64,000 bases of DNA from Mobula hypostoma (Eukaryota): NCBI RefSeq assembly GCF_963921235.1, contig NC_086097.1:1922001-1986000 (forward strand), in the 5' to 3' direction. How positions within the stretch are numbered: position 1 is the stretch's first letter; the number at the start of each line of letters is the position of its first letter. The notes beneath the pieces were generated by a model that made no database searches, was not told the DNA's origin, and saw nothing but the letters and a program-made list of their open reading frames with translations. Below, one piece after another: positions 1 through 11,709 of the stretch. A program made the position numbers and the translations under genes.

Positions 1-1100
1 AACTTTGCACCAAACTCCCTAAACTCTCTTTGCAAGACCTCCTCCTTCTTCCTATCTACGTCATTGGTCCCTACATGGACCACGACATCTGGCTGCTCAC
101 CCTCCCTCCTGAGAATACTGAGAACTCGATCCGAGATATCGCGGACCCTAGCACCAGGGAGGCAACAGACCATCCGGGATTCTCGATCTCTCCCATAGAA
201 CCTCTCATCTGTCCCCTAACTATCGAATCCCCTGTCACTACTACTCTTCTTTTTTCCCTCCTTCCCTTCTGAGCTGAGGATCCCATCTCAGAGCCAGAGA
301 CGCAACCACTGCAACTTGTCCCTGGTAGGTTGTCCCCACCAACAGAATCCAAAATGGTATACTTATTATTGATGGGAACGGCCACAGGGGTGCTCTGCTC
401 ATTCTGTCTATTCCCCTTCCCTCTCCTGACAGTCACCCAGCTACCTGCCTCCTGACTTTTACGGGTGACTGTCTCCCTGCAACTCCTGTCTGCCTCTGCC
501 TCCCGAATGATCCGAAGTTCATCCAGCTCCAGCTCCAGTACCCTAACTCAGTTTGTCAGGAGCTGCAGCTGGATGCACTTTTTACAGGTGTAGTCATCAG
601 AGACAATTGTGCTCACCCTGACTTCCCACATACTGCAATCAGAGCACTCGACTGCCCTAACTGCTGCCTCCATTTCCTACTCCTAAGGTAATTAGAGTAA
701 TTAAAGCAACTTACCCAGCCTTACCTCACTGGGAGCAGGTTCATCCTCAGCCTCTGCTCGCCAAAGCCTCAAAGCTCCACTCCTACCCTGAGCCACTCAC
801 ACACTGGCCACTCCTCTTCAGTTACCCCTCCTTTTATTTGTCCCTGCCAATTATCTCCAGTACTCACTCCCTCTAATCAACTAATCAACACTCTGTTTAA
901 CCCTTCAGTTGCCCTCCGCACTTCTTTTAAATCACACTCACCTCAGCTCCTCAGCTGTTTCCCAGCACTCAGCGCTCTCCCCAGCCCCTCGCTCCTCGTC
1001 CTGCTGTGACAGTCCCGCGATCACACTGTCCCGAACCCTTCGCTCCTCCCCCTGCCGCGACGGTCCTGTGATCACACTGTCCTGAGTCCCCACTCTGCGC
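1..1100 (-). mobile_element. CR1 LINE 5' region and degenerate ORF1 (zinc finger plus SGNH esterase-like)
   Basis: From ATG at ~673: MEAAVRAVECSDCSMWE..DDYTCKKC, then VVVTGDSIVRG; contains stops; runs off the window start. Confidence 0.8.
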
Positions 1101-1480
1101 TCCTTTCATTATGTATTGCAATATACTGCTGCCACAAAACTACACATTTCTCGAATTAATGGAGTGGTGGTGCATTTTCAATAGCCTCATTCTGCTCTTA
1201 TGATGGCAGAATGTAGTATAATAAGACTCTTGGCAGTGTGGAGGATCAGAGGGATCTTGGGGTCCGAGTCCATAGGAGCTGCGCAGGTTGACTCTGTGGT
1301 TAAGAAGGCGTACGGTGCATTGACCTTCATCAACCATGGGACTGAATTTAGGAGTCGAGAGGTAGACGCAGGGAGTGGGGGCGTAGGGGGCGATGTAGGG
1401 TATAGGGGCGATTTTAGGGAAGACATGGGGAGTAGGGAAGTGGGGGTGATGCAAGGAGTAGGGGAGTGGGGGAAATGCAG

Positions 1481-3052
1481 GGAGTTATTAAAATACATTA
1501 GAATGGATAAGTCCCCGGGGCCTGACAGAATATTCCCCAGGCTGCTCCACGAGGCGAGAGAAGAGATTGCTGAGCCTCTGGCTAGGATCTTTACGTCCTC
1601 GTTGTCCACGGGAATGGTACCGGAGGATTGGAGGGAGGTGAATGTTGTCCCCTTGTTCAAAAAAGGTAGTAGGGATAGTCCAGGTAATTATAGACAAGTG
1701 AGCCTTACGTCTGTGGTGGGAAAGCTGTTGGAAAAGATTCTTAGAGATAGAATCTCTGGGCATTTAGAGAATCATGGTCTGATCAGGGACAGTCAGCGTG
1801 GCTTTGTGAAGGGCAGATCGTGTCTAACGAGCCTGATAGAGTTCTTTGAGGAGGTGACCAGGCATATAGATGAGGGTAGTGCAGTGGATGTGATCTACAT
1901 GGATTTTAGTAAGGCATTTGACAAGGTTCCACACGGTAGGCTTATTCAGAAAGTCAGGAGGCATGGGATCCAGGGAAATTTGGCCAGGTGGATTCAGAAT
2001 TGGCTTGCCTGCAGAAGGCAGAGGGTCGTGGTGGAGGGAGTACATTCGAATTGGAGGATTGTGACTAGTGGTGTCCCACAAGGATTGGTTCTGGGACCTC
2101 TACTTTTTGTGATTTTTATTAACAACCTGGATGTGGGGATTGAAGGATGGGTTGGCAAGTTTGCAGATGACACAAAGGTTGGTGGTGGTGTGGATAGTGT
2201 AGAGGATTGTCGAAGATTGCAGAGAGACATTGATAGGATGCAGAAGTGGGCTGAGAAGTGGCAGATGGAGTTCAACCCAGAGAAGTGTGAGGTGGTACAC
2301 TTTGGAAGGACAAACTCCAAAGCAGAGTACAAAGTAAATGGCAGGATACTTGGTAGTGTGGAGGAGCAGAGGGATCTCGGGGTACCTGTCCACAGATCCC
2401 TGAAAGTTGCCTCACAGGTAGATAGGGTAGTTAAGAAAGCTTATGGGGTGTTAGCTTTCATAAGTCGAGGGATAGAGTTTAAGAGTTGTGATGTAATGAT
2501 GCAGCTCTATAAAACTCTGGCTAGGCCGCACTTGGAGTACTGTGTCCAGTTCTGGTAGCCTCACTATAGGAAGGATGTGGAAGCATTGGAAAGGGTACAG
2601 AGGAGATTTACCAGGATGCTGCCTGGTTTAGAGAGTATGGATTATGATCAGAGATTAAGGGAGCTAGGGCTTTACTCTTTGGAGAGAAGGAGGATGAGAG
2701 GAGACATGATAGAGGTGTACAAGATATTAAGAGGAATAGATAGAGTGGATAGCCAGCGCCTCTTCCCCAGGGCACCACTGCTCAATACAAGAGGATATGG
2801 CTTTAAGGTAAGGGGTGGGAAGTTCAAGGGGGATATTAGAGGAAGGTTTTTTACTCAGAAAGTGGTTGGTGCGTGGAATGCACTGCCTGAGTCAGTGGTG
2901 GAGGCAGATACACTGGTGAAGTTTAAGAGACTACTAGACAGGTATATGGAGGAATTTAAAGTGGGGGGTTATATGGGAGGCAGGGTTTGAGGGTCGGCAC
3001 AACATTGTGGGCTGAAGTGCCTGTAATGTGCTGTACCATTCTATGTTCTATG
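1481..3052 (+). mobile_element. 5'-truncated CR1 LINE (RT to 3' tail)
   Basis: KSPGPD, DFSKAFDKV, GVPQG, FADD, RPHLEYCVQFW; premature TAG at 2556; ttctatgttctatg tail. Confidence 0.93.
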
Positions 3053-3613
3053 TGGGGGCAACGTGAGGAGTGTGGGCGACATGGGGAGTGGGGGAATAGG
3101 TGCGATGCGGGGAGTAGGGGCGACGGGGAGTGGGGGAAACGCGGAAAGTGGCTGCGACATGAGGAGTAGTGGTGTGGGGGCGATGTGGGGAGTGGGTTTG
3201 ATGCAGGAAGTGGGGGGAAACGCGGTGAGTAGGGGGTGACGTGAGGCCTAAGCAAATTCCTGACTGATTTCCAGAACCAGGGGTTGTACGTACAAGGAAA
3301 AGTTGGAATTTTTCTGACACTCGTTCCAATAGACAGCCTGAGCGACAATAAGTAGAGAAGGTATTAAACTGATGAGGGTTATATTAATTATTCCTAAGTG
3401 AACTCAAATACAGCAATGAGGGAAGTTAAATTTGAAAGGATTAAACAAGTAAGAGAAGCCAAAGATCTCAAGAGCCATGATATTTTGTTTTACAATAGTC
3501 CTTTAATTTGGAAATTTGCGCAAAAAACATTGCATTATTCCAGATGCAGTTGGTTGGGGTGAACAGCCTCTGTGATCTGTACTTTCATGTCATGGTAATT
3601 TTTGTGTTTATAG

Positions 3614-3833
3614 AGTTAAATAAATCCAGGAAACAGATTGAGAAATGGAATACGGAAAACTGGAAGACAGACAGGATCAGCCGGGAGCTGCGCTCTCAGG
3701 TGGACGACCTGAACGAGGTGCTGAGCGCCAAGGACTCTCAGCTGGCAGTGCTGAAAGTGAGGCTGGAAGAGGCAGATCAGCTGCTGAAGACGCGCACTGA
3801 AGTGATAGACGTGCTGCAGAGTGAGAAGAACAG
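3614..3833 (+). CDS. GOLGA5: Golgin-84 (GOLGA5) coding exon, first in window (ELNKSRKQIEKWN...LQSEKNR)
   Basis: tag|...AG|gt boundaries, 220 bp; translation matches the golgin-84 coiled coil (QVDDL..AKDSQLAVLKVRL.EADQLL) as recalled from the human protein. Confidence 0.95.
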
Positions 3834-4180
3834 GTAGCAATGACTCTGCTGGCATGCATGCTGTTCATTAGATAAAGTTTATTCCATAAAGCTTCCAAAA
3901 GGCACTGAATTTGGATGAGAAACAGACTGAAAAAAAGATTTTAACACTTGTTCCTTTCATGAGATTTTTATTTATTTCATGGCGTTTTTGAAAGGAAAAA
4001 CATGCAGCTCTTCATTTATAACATTTAGTGAAATCAAGGATGCAGTTCACAGTGAGGGCCCTTGTTGCTCAGAGCTGACCATGGATATTGTTCTTAGCTG
4101 TCTAAATATGCAAGCCTGGGCAGGACGATGTGGAGAGCAGCTTCCTAACTTTTGAGCTCAGTGTCTCAACTCATAAAGGT

Positions 4181-4476
4181 CAGCCTGCCGTATACCTTCT
4201 TAATAACCCCATCAGCCTGCCGTATACCTTCTTAATAACCCCATCAGCCTGCCGTATACCTTCTTAATCACCCCATCAGCCTGCCGTATACCTTCTTAAT
4301 AACCCTATCAGCCCACCGTATACCTTCTTAATCACCCTATCAGCCCACCGTATACCTTCTTAATCACCCCATCGGCCTGCTGTATACCTTCTTAATCACC
4401 CCATCAGCCTGCTGTATACCTTCTTAATCACCCTATCAGCCTGCCGTATACCTTCTTAATCACCCTATCAGCCTGC
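4181..4476. repeat. 32-bp minisatellite, about 9 copies
   Basis: Unit CAGCCTGCCGTATACCTTCTTAATCACCCCAT; continues into minus-strand CR1 sequence to ~4590. Confidence 0.9.
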
Positions 4477-4659
4477 ATTGCCACTTTTAGAAAGTTAAGA
4501 ACTTGGACCTCATCAAGACTGTTAAGGGTCTTGTCCTTAACAGTGTACTGTCTCTTTACATTTGACCTGCCAAGGTGCAACACTTCACGTCTGGCTGGGT
4601 AGCACGATGGTTAGCTTAGCCCTTCACAGTACCAGTGACCCAGGTTCAATTCCTGGTGC

Positions 4660-5056
4660 AAAAGAGCAGTGCATGCAAGACTATCCAAGAATCTCACAGA
4701 ACTAGAAGCCTTTTGCAAGGAAGAATGGATGAAAATCCCCCAAACGAGAATTGAAAGACTCTTAGCTGGCTACAAGAAGCATTTACAAGCTGTGATACTT
4801 GCCAAAGGGTGGGGGGGGGGGGGTGTTACTAAGTACTGCCATGCAGGGTGCCCAAAATTTACCTCAGTCCCTTTTCCTTTTTTGTTATTTTGAAACTGTA
4901 AAAGATGGGAATAAAAAAGCTTTTTGCTTAAACTATTAAAGAAATGTGTCATCTTTAATTTTATGCCTTTTGGAAATCAGTTCATCTTTTACTCGCTTAG
5001 CTATTCACAGTAACAGAAATTTTGACCAGGGGTGCCCAAACTTTTGCATGCCACTG
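4660..5056 (+). mobile_element. Tc1-family transposon right end (transposase C-terminus plus IR/DR-type TIR)
   Basis: NLTELEAFCKEEWMKIP..LQAVILAKG; direct repeat GGGTGCCCAAA at ~4846 and ~5030; ends CACTG|TA. Confidence 0.85.
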
Positions 5057-6268
5057 TACATCTTGAAATCCTTTTTCTTTGCAACCATCCACGAAAACAG
5101 AGGGGTGCCCCAAAGAATGAATGACAGTTAAATGTTAGAACCCAAAGTTCCCGCAGCTCTCCCCTCCCATGTTAAACAGCAGCAAGCAACAATCTCCCCT
5201 CCCCCCACCATCGGCAAAAAAAGCATCAGCATTGCCACCAAGCACTCAAGCATGAGCAAAGCAACAGCAAAGACAGAGACTTGCAGTTATCCCAAAGACT
5301 TAGCGTTTCACCCGGTATACGACATATGACAGGTTCTCTCCTTCCCTATTAAGGGAGGAAGAGGTGTCTCAATTTTCCCAGTGGGCGGGGAGACATAACA
5401 AACAACTCGCTGGTTTACAATGTTAAAAGTTCGTTACAACGCTTTTTTCGCAAAGATCCCGGGTCTCCAGGCACACAGTCGCGGATAACCTGATCCACCA
5501 AAGACACATGGGTCTCCTGTCGTGACACCGACCCTTGATCTGCCCGTCTGCAGAGCCCCGAGATCCTAGGCTTTCAAATCTGAGCCAGACTCTTAGGCCG
5601 AGCCTTTGGCGTGCCGAACAACAATGGCCAATCGTTGCAGTGTATCATGGGGGTAAAATCAAAAAGGGTGATGAATACAAGAGTGAAGGTGATATGTATA
5701 TTAGAGTTCACTACTTATGCTCAAATGTTTATGCTACTATCTGTGGTGATGTTGGTTTGCGGAATAAATGTGTTAAATTGTTGTATGCCCAAGGTACATC
5801 ATTACAAGTTAACATATTTCACATCCATTCTAATCAGTTATGTCAAAGAATGTGCTAGTTTCCTGATTTCACTTTCCTCATTAAGCTAGCATAACTGTAT
5901 AGCTCCTGTACTTCAATATCCAAAGTGTTGCCTTTTTTCCATATTTAATGTATATTACCATGTGCTGGGTTTATTGTTCCTCTTGGCATTGAGACTTTCC
6001 TCATTATGCATGCTGGAGCTTCAAGTTAATTGCCCATTTACTGGGGGTTAAGTAAGTTTTGCTGTTGACATACATCCTTGTTGATGTAATAAGGTGATTG
6101 TTAGTGCCTCTAACTGGCAGTATTAAATGGTGAGCAAATTGAAAATTCCTAAATGTTATGGAAGTGAGATAATATAGACTAATCCATGTTGTTGTGCTGT
6201 GTATTTACACATTACATCTATCAAATCCCAAGGAGAGTTTTATAGTGACACTCCTGTTTTACTGAAAG

Positions 6269-6392
6269 GATTCTGCAGGATCATAATGAAGGCAGCAGTT
6301 TGCATAACCAAGCCTACCAGACGATGCAAGAGAGGCTTCTGGATGCCGAATCAACCCTTAAAAGAGAACAAGAGAATTATGCTCAGATGCAG
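6269..6392 (+). CDS. GOLGA5: GOLGA5 exon (ILQDHNEGSSLHNQAYQTMQERLLDAESTLKREQENYAQMQ)
   Basis: aag|G...CAG|gttggt, 124 bp; completes the phase-2 Arg codon of the previous exon; not shown in the ORF track in this frame. Confidence 0.93.
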
Positions 6393-6589
6393 GTTGGTCT
6401 GAACAAAAGGTACCCAGAACGGGAAGCTGAATTCCAGTTAGGATTTAACTTGGTCTGATTTGTAATTTGCATTAAATCAGATTATGGAGCTATTTTAACT
6501 GGTTTGTTGGACGACGCACTTTCGAAGCTGCCTGGATTACAGGGCATGCGCTGTAACGTGCGGTGGGACAAACTGCTTTTCTGGAGTGG

Positions 6590-6992
6590 TGAGGGCTGGT
6601 GGGAGATTGGATAGATGTTTATATAGTTAGGAGAGGCATAGATAGAGTAGATGGACTGTATCTTTTTCCCAGGGTTGAAATGTCTAATATCAGAGGGTGT
6701 GAATTTAAGGTGAGAGGGGGTAATTTTAAAGATCTGAGGGGAAAGTTTTTCACATGGAGAGTGAATGGGTGCCTGGAATCTGCTCCCTGGGGTGGTGATA
6801 GAGGCAGTTATAGCAGAGGCATTTAAGAGGCTGTTAGATAAACACATGAAAGTGAGTAAAATGGAAGGATATTGACATTGTTGAGGCAGAAGAGATTAAG
6901 TTAGCTGGCAATTTGATTACTAATTTAATTGGTTTGGCACAACCTTGTGTGTCGAAGGACCTGTTCCTGTGCTGTACTGTTCTATGCTCTAT
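6590..6992 (+). mobile_element. Degenerate CR1 3' fragment
   Basis: GIDRVD..LFPRVE..FKVRGG..GKFFT; ttctatgctctatg tail. Confidence 0.8.
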
Positions 6993-7440
6993 GAAGCTGA
7001 AATGGACAAAAGCGTTTTTATTTTGTGTCCATTTGCTTTCCAAGCAATTAAGAGAGGAAAGATTAAATATGTAAATCCAAGCATAAAGTATGAAGACTTA
7101 TATAAGTAGTTAATTCTCATATTATTTGTGTCTGTACCTTAAGCGTCAATCGTTATATAAAAAAGCACAAAAATCACACGATGGATTTTGTTTATGTCGC
7201 ACACTTTGCTCAGCAGAATAAATACAGATTTCATTGGCTGGTGCAGTCATGCTTTCTAAAACTTGTAATGGTGACAAGTGGTATTTTATCATTATGCCAT
7301 AGCACATAGAGGCAAATGTTTTTTTTTCTTGTAACAGTTTAAAACAAACTTCATTGATTGTGATTAGGGAGAATTTGTCTGTGATGCAGAGAAGTACAAT
7401 AGGATAGAAATTTGTCCTTGGCAGCACATAGCAAAAGTAC

Positions 7441-7980
7441 CACACATCAAAGTTGCTGGTGAACGCAGCAGGCCAAGCAGCATCTCTAGGAAGAGGTGCA
7501 GTTGACGTTTCAGGCCGAGACCCTTCGTCAGGAAGTCTCTAACTTCCGCTAAGGCCCCACCTCCCCCTCGTACCCCATCTGTTACTCATTTTTATGCACA
7601 CATTCTTTCTCTCACTCTCCTTTTTCTCCCTCTGTCCCTCTGAATATACCTCTTGCCCATCCTCTGGGTCACCCACCCCCCCGTCTTTCTTCCCGGACCT
7701 CCTGTCCCATGATCCTCTCGTATCCCCTTTTGCCTATCACCTGTCCAGCTCTCGGCTCTATCCCTCCCCCTCCTGTCTTCTCCTATCATTTTGGATCTTC
7801 CCCCTCCCCCTCCAACTTTCATATCCCTTACTCACTCTTCCTTCAGTTAGTCCTGACGAAGGGTCTCGGCCTGAAACGTCGACTGCACCTCTTCCTACAG
7901 ATGCTGCTTGGCCTGCTGCGTTCACCAGCAACTTTGATGTGTGTTGCTTGAATTTCCAGCATCTGCAAAATTCCTGTTGT
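7441..7980 (+). mobile_element. Penelope-like element 3' fragment with an inverted partial repeat at its 5' end
   Basis: 12-bp TSD TAGCAAAAGTAC (7429-7440, 7981-7992); 7536-7980 nearly identical to the region downstream of the GIY-YIG ORF at ~50710-51160; 7441-7533 is an inverted copy of part of it. Confidence 0.88.
7848..7885 (+). ncRNA. Minimal type I hammerhead ribozyme motif (Penelope-associated)
   Basis: AGTC-CTGACGA-AGGgtctcggCCT-GAAAC-GTC-GACT: both core boxes, stems I and II, palindromic ACGT stem III, GUC cleavage triplet. Confidence 0.8.
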
Positions 7981-8275
7981 TAGCAAAAGTACGATCACAT
8001 TGGTTCTCCATCTCTGAAACTCAATTCCACTGGAAATCTGCAGTAGAGTACAGTTCCCAGCTGTGAATATATAGTTACCATACATAATTGAGGATGTGTT
8101 TCTAATCCTTGGACTGAAGTAGTGTACTGTCCATGACAGCTGACATGCAGAACATCTGCACTGAACCTTTCATTGTGTTTGTGGAATTCCACCAGAGTTC
8201 ACCCTTGTCCCAGTTTCACCTCTTATTTCTTTATTCTCAACTCATGATGTTTGTATCTCTCGTTTAAAATTAATA

Positions 8276-8956
8276 CAGTGGATTCCGGGTAACTGGGACA
8301 TGTTGGAACCAGTGTATGTTGGATGCCCCAATTAGATGAACTTTCATGGAAGTAGTTAAAAAGGTATAGAAAGACAAATTACCATTTAACTGAGTAACAA
8401 ATTATGTATTTAAATGAAATACAGAGCAAATTAAAACAGTACAAATAGCACTACAGTACTATAAAACTGTTATTAGTTGCAAATAGTTACCCATGGAGGA
8501 ATTCATCCAGTGTACATTGCCGTGTTCTTTTGATTGACTGTAAATAAGCAAAATCAGCGCAGATACATACCTAGGGTTGTGCTTTGGCTTGTGTCAAATA
8601 TTTTTGTGACTTCTTGGCAAGTGTCTGAAGTTTTCTAAAGTCAAAATAAAGGAATAACATTATCAAAAAATCACTATGTTTTGTATTGCAGTCCATCGGC
8701 CCAATTAGATAACGTAACACAAACGCACACAACTGATGCTATTTAAAAACTGTTCGTCCTAAACACGATGTAGAGTCTAATGACCACACAAGTGTGTGTA
8801 ACTGATGCTAGTTAGAAACTGTTCGGTCATTGTCTCCTGTCCCAATTAGGCGGTGTAGTGTCCCAAATAAACAAGGGAATCCTATTTTCTTGATTAGTTT
8901 CTGCTCTTTAAGAGTTGTCCCAAATAAACAGCTGTCCAATTAACCAGAGTCCACTG
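8276..8956. mobile_element. Non-autonomous Tc1/mariner-superfamily (pogo/Tigger-like) element
   Basis: TA|CAGTGGATTCCGGGTAACTGG ... CCAATTAACCAGAGTCCACTG|TA imperfect TIRs with TA TSD; no ORF. Confidence 0.8.
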
Positions 8957-9197
8957 TATTTTTGTTTTAATGTGTGTGACTTTATTTCTCATCTGGATGA
9001 AGAGGGCATTTGAGTGTGCTGTGCAACACAGTCAGTCATTTATGAGACTGGACAGTAAAGATGAAGTAGGTAAACGTGAGAGAGAAATTCTTATAATTGA
9101 ATGTGCTGGAAAGCTGTTATAAAGTGATACAGGCTTCTTCCCAGAATCTGTTTAGCACAGTGACTTGAACTTGCTGAAAAATCAAAAATCAAGAGCA

Positions 9198-9470
9198 AGG
9201 TTGTCACGGTAGCATAGTGGTTACTGCAATGCTGTTGCAGCTTGTGGTGTTGGAGTCTGGGATTCAGTTCCAGTGTCCTCTGTACATTCTGCCTGTGAGT
9301 GCGTGCATTTCCTTCAGGTGCTGTGGTTGCTTCCCACAGTCCAAGGACTTACCAGTTAGTAGGTCATTGTAAATTGTCTGTGATTGAGGTAGGGTTAAAT
9401 AGGTGTGTTGCTGGGGGGTAGAGCTCAGTGGGTCAGAGAGGGCTGTTCTGCACTGTATCTCTGAAGAAAA
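9198..9470 (+). mobile_element. tRNA-derived V-SINE-like element (relatives at ~4595-4660, 11345-11560, 47575-47790, 56095-56215)
   Basis: Degenerate A/B boxes, then core tttcc..ggtgct..ggtt.cttcccacagtccaa and shared tail ggtcattgtaaattgtc. Confidence 0.65.
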
Positions 9471-9497
9471 TAAAACACTTTTGTTCTTTCTGTTCAG

Positions 9498-9701
9498 AGT
9501 GAATTTGCAGCTCGCCTCAGTAAGATAGAGTGTGAGCGTCAAAGTCTCGCAGAAGCGCTGACAGCAGCTGAGAGAAAGGCGATTGAAGAGAAGAGGAGGG
9601 CAGAAGATCACCAGCAGCAGCTCAAACTTGCCAAGACCAGCCTGGATTCTGCTAAACAGGAACTGGTGGAGTACAAGCAAAAGGCCTCCCGAATCCTGCA
9701 A
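9498..9701 (+). CDS. GOLGA5: GOLGA5 exon (SEFAARLSKIECERQSLAE...YKQKASRILQ)
   Basis: ttctttctgttcag|...CAA|gtgagg, 204 bp, phase 0/0. Confidence 0.95.
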
Positions 9702-9859
9702 GTGAGGACAAAGTTATGAAGAAGTACAACAAACTTGTATATTTAGCTAAGTAATGTCAAATGGATAATTTATTATGTGGAACGTACTTTGAGCCACGAG
9801 GGTCCCAACTCAGCAATGGAGACAAATTACAGCCTATAAACATATACAACACATAATAG

Positions 9860-11190
9860 CATAACATAGAGCACTACAACATAGCAACAGGCTCTCTGCT
9901 CCACACCAAGTATTAACCTGTCTAGTCCCATCGACCTGCACCCAGGCCATAGCCCTCCAAACCCCTCCCTTCCATGTACTTCAACATAGAAAACCTACAG
10001 CACGATACAGTCCCTTCAGCCCACAAAGCTGTGCCGAACATGTCCCCACCTTAGAACTACCTAGGCTTACCCATAGCCCTCTATTTTTCTAAACTCCATG
10101 TAGCCATCCAGGAGTCTCTGAAAAGACCCTATTGTATCCACCTCCACCACAGTCACTGGCATCCCATTCCACGCGCTCACCACTCTCTGCGTAAAAAAAC
10201 TTACCCCTGATATCTACTCTGTACCTACTTCCAAGCATCTTAAAACTGTGCTCTCTCGAGTTAGCCATTTCAGCCCTGTGAAAAAGCCTCTGACTATCCA
10301 CACGATCAATGCCTCTCATCATCTTCTACACATTTGTACTAAATATTGAGATTAGCACTGCTTCCACAACTGGCAGCTTGTTCCATACTTTCACCACCCT
10401 CTAAATGACCAAGTTCCCCATGTGTTCTCCTTAAGCATTTCACCTTTCACCCTTAAACCCATGATATTTGCATTTACCCTATCTATACTCCACATAATTC
10501 TGTATACCCCTATCGAATCTCCCTCATTCTGTTATGTTTCTGTACTCCACATAATTCTGTATACCCCTATCGAATCTCCCTCATTCTGTTATGTTTCTGT
10601 ACTCCACATAATTCTGTATACCCCTATCGAATCTCCCTCATTCTGTTATGTTTCCGTACTCCACATAATTCTGTATACCCCTGTCAAATCTCCCTCATTG
10701 TGTTATGTTTCCGTACTCCACATAATTCTGTATACCCCTGTCGAATCTCCCTCATTGTGTTATGTTTCCGTACTCCACATAATTCTGTATACCCCTGTCG
10801 AATCTCCCTCATTGTGTTATGTTTCCGTACTCCACATAATTCTGTATACCCCTGTCGAATCTCCCTCATTGTGTTATGTTTCCGTACTCCACATAATTCT
10901 GTATACCCCTGTCGAATCTCCCTCATTGTGTTATGTTTCCGTACTCCACATAATTCTGTATACCCCTATCGAATCTCCCTCATTGTGTTATGTTTCCGTA
11001 CTCCACATAATTCTGTATACCCCTATCGAATCTCCCTCATTGTGTTATGTTTCCGTACTCCACATAATTCTGTATACCCCTATCGAATCTCCCTCATTCT
11101 CCTGTGTTTCAGGGAATGGAACCCTAACCCTAATCAATGTTTCCCTATAACTCAGGCCCTCAGGTCCCGACAACATCCTTGTCATTTTTT
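9860..11190 (-). mobile_element. Nested CR1 3' fragments hosting a minisatellite
   Basis: MMRGIDRVDSQRLF (10089..10322); aacatag tails. Confidence 0.75.
10484..11110. repeat. 57-bp minisatellite, about 11 copies
   Basis: Unit GTACTCCACATAATTCTGTATACCCCT(A/G)TCGAATCTCCCTCATT(C/G)TGTTATGTTTC(C/T); gives 19-aa periodic ORFs. Confidence 0.92.
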
Positions 11191-11709
11191 TTAGATGTGT
11201 AATTTGTGATGATCACTTTGGGAATAAGGAGTTAGAGTGCTCTATGGCTCGAAAGCATTGAGGTAGAGTAGAAAGTATTTAGAGAGCCTGGAATTGCTCT
11301 TGGAGAGGGTGATGAACAGTTATCCAACTAATCAAAAATCCCGATGGTTCAGCATCTGGCTCACTGCTCGGAGCATTGGAGTTTGCAGTTCAATTCTGGC
11401 ATCCCCTTTGAGAAGGCGGGTTAGCTCCCACAAGTTAAAGACGTACCAGTTAATAGGTTTGCAAATTGTCCTGTGATTAGACTGGGTTGCTGGGTGGCGC
11501 GGGTTGAAGGACCGCAAGGGTCTGTTCCACACTGCATGTCTAAATAAGTAAATAAAATTGTACCTGGCCCTCTCCGGCTTCTCTCACTGGGGCTCCCATT
11601 CCTGTGTTCCATTCAAATGACCAGATTCATTTGTGTAACATCTTCAATAAAGCTGAATTAAAAGTGAAGCATCTTACTGTCTAAAACATAGGCTAGTTCA
11701 GCACCACCG

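Noticed and set aside
5062..5640. Unclassified segment after the Tc1 end
   Set aside because: Looks repeat-like, but I see no TSD, TIR or coding motif to support a call
7594..7983. Recurrent peptide LPSVSPDEGSRPETSTAPL (also 50926, 52963, 53063)
   Set aside because: Translation of the non-coding Penelope terminal repeat; the conservation is explained by the RNA motif and recent copying
10422..11194. 242-aa and 164-aa repetitive ORFs
   Set aside because: Product of a 57-bp (multiple of 3) minisatellite; no splice or homology support
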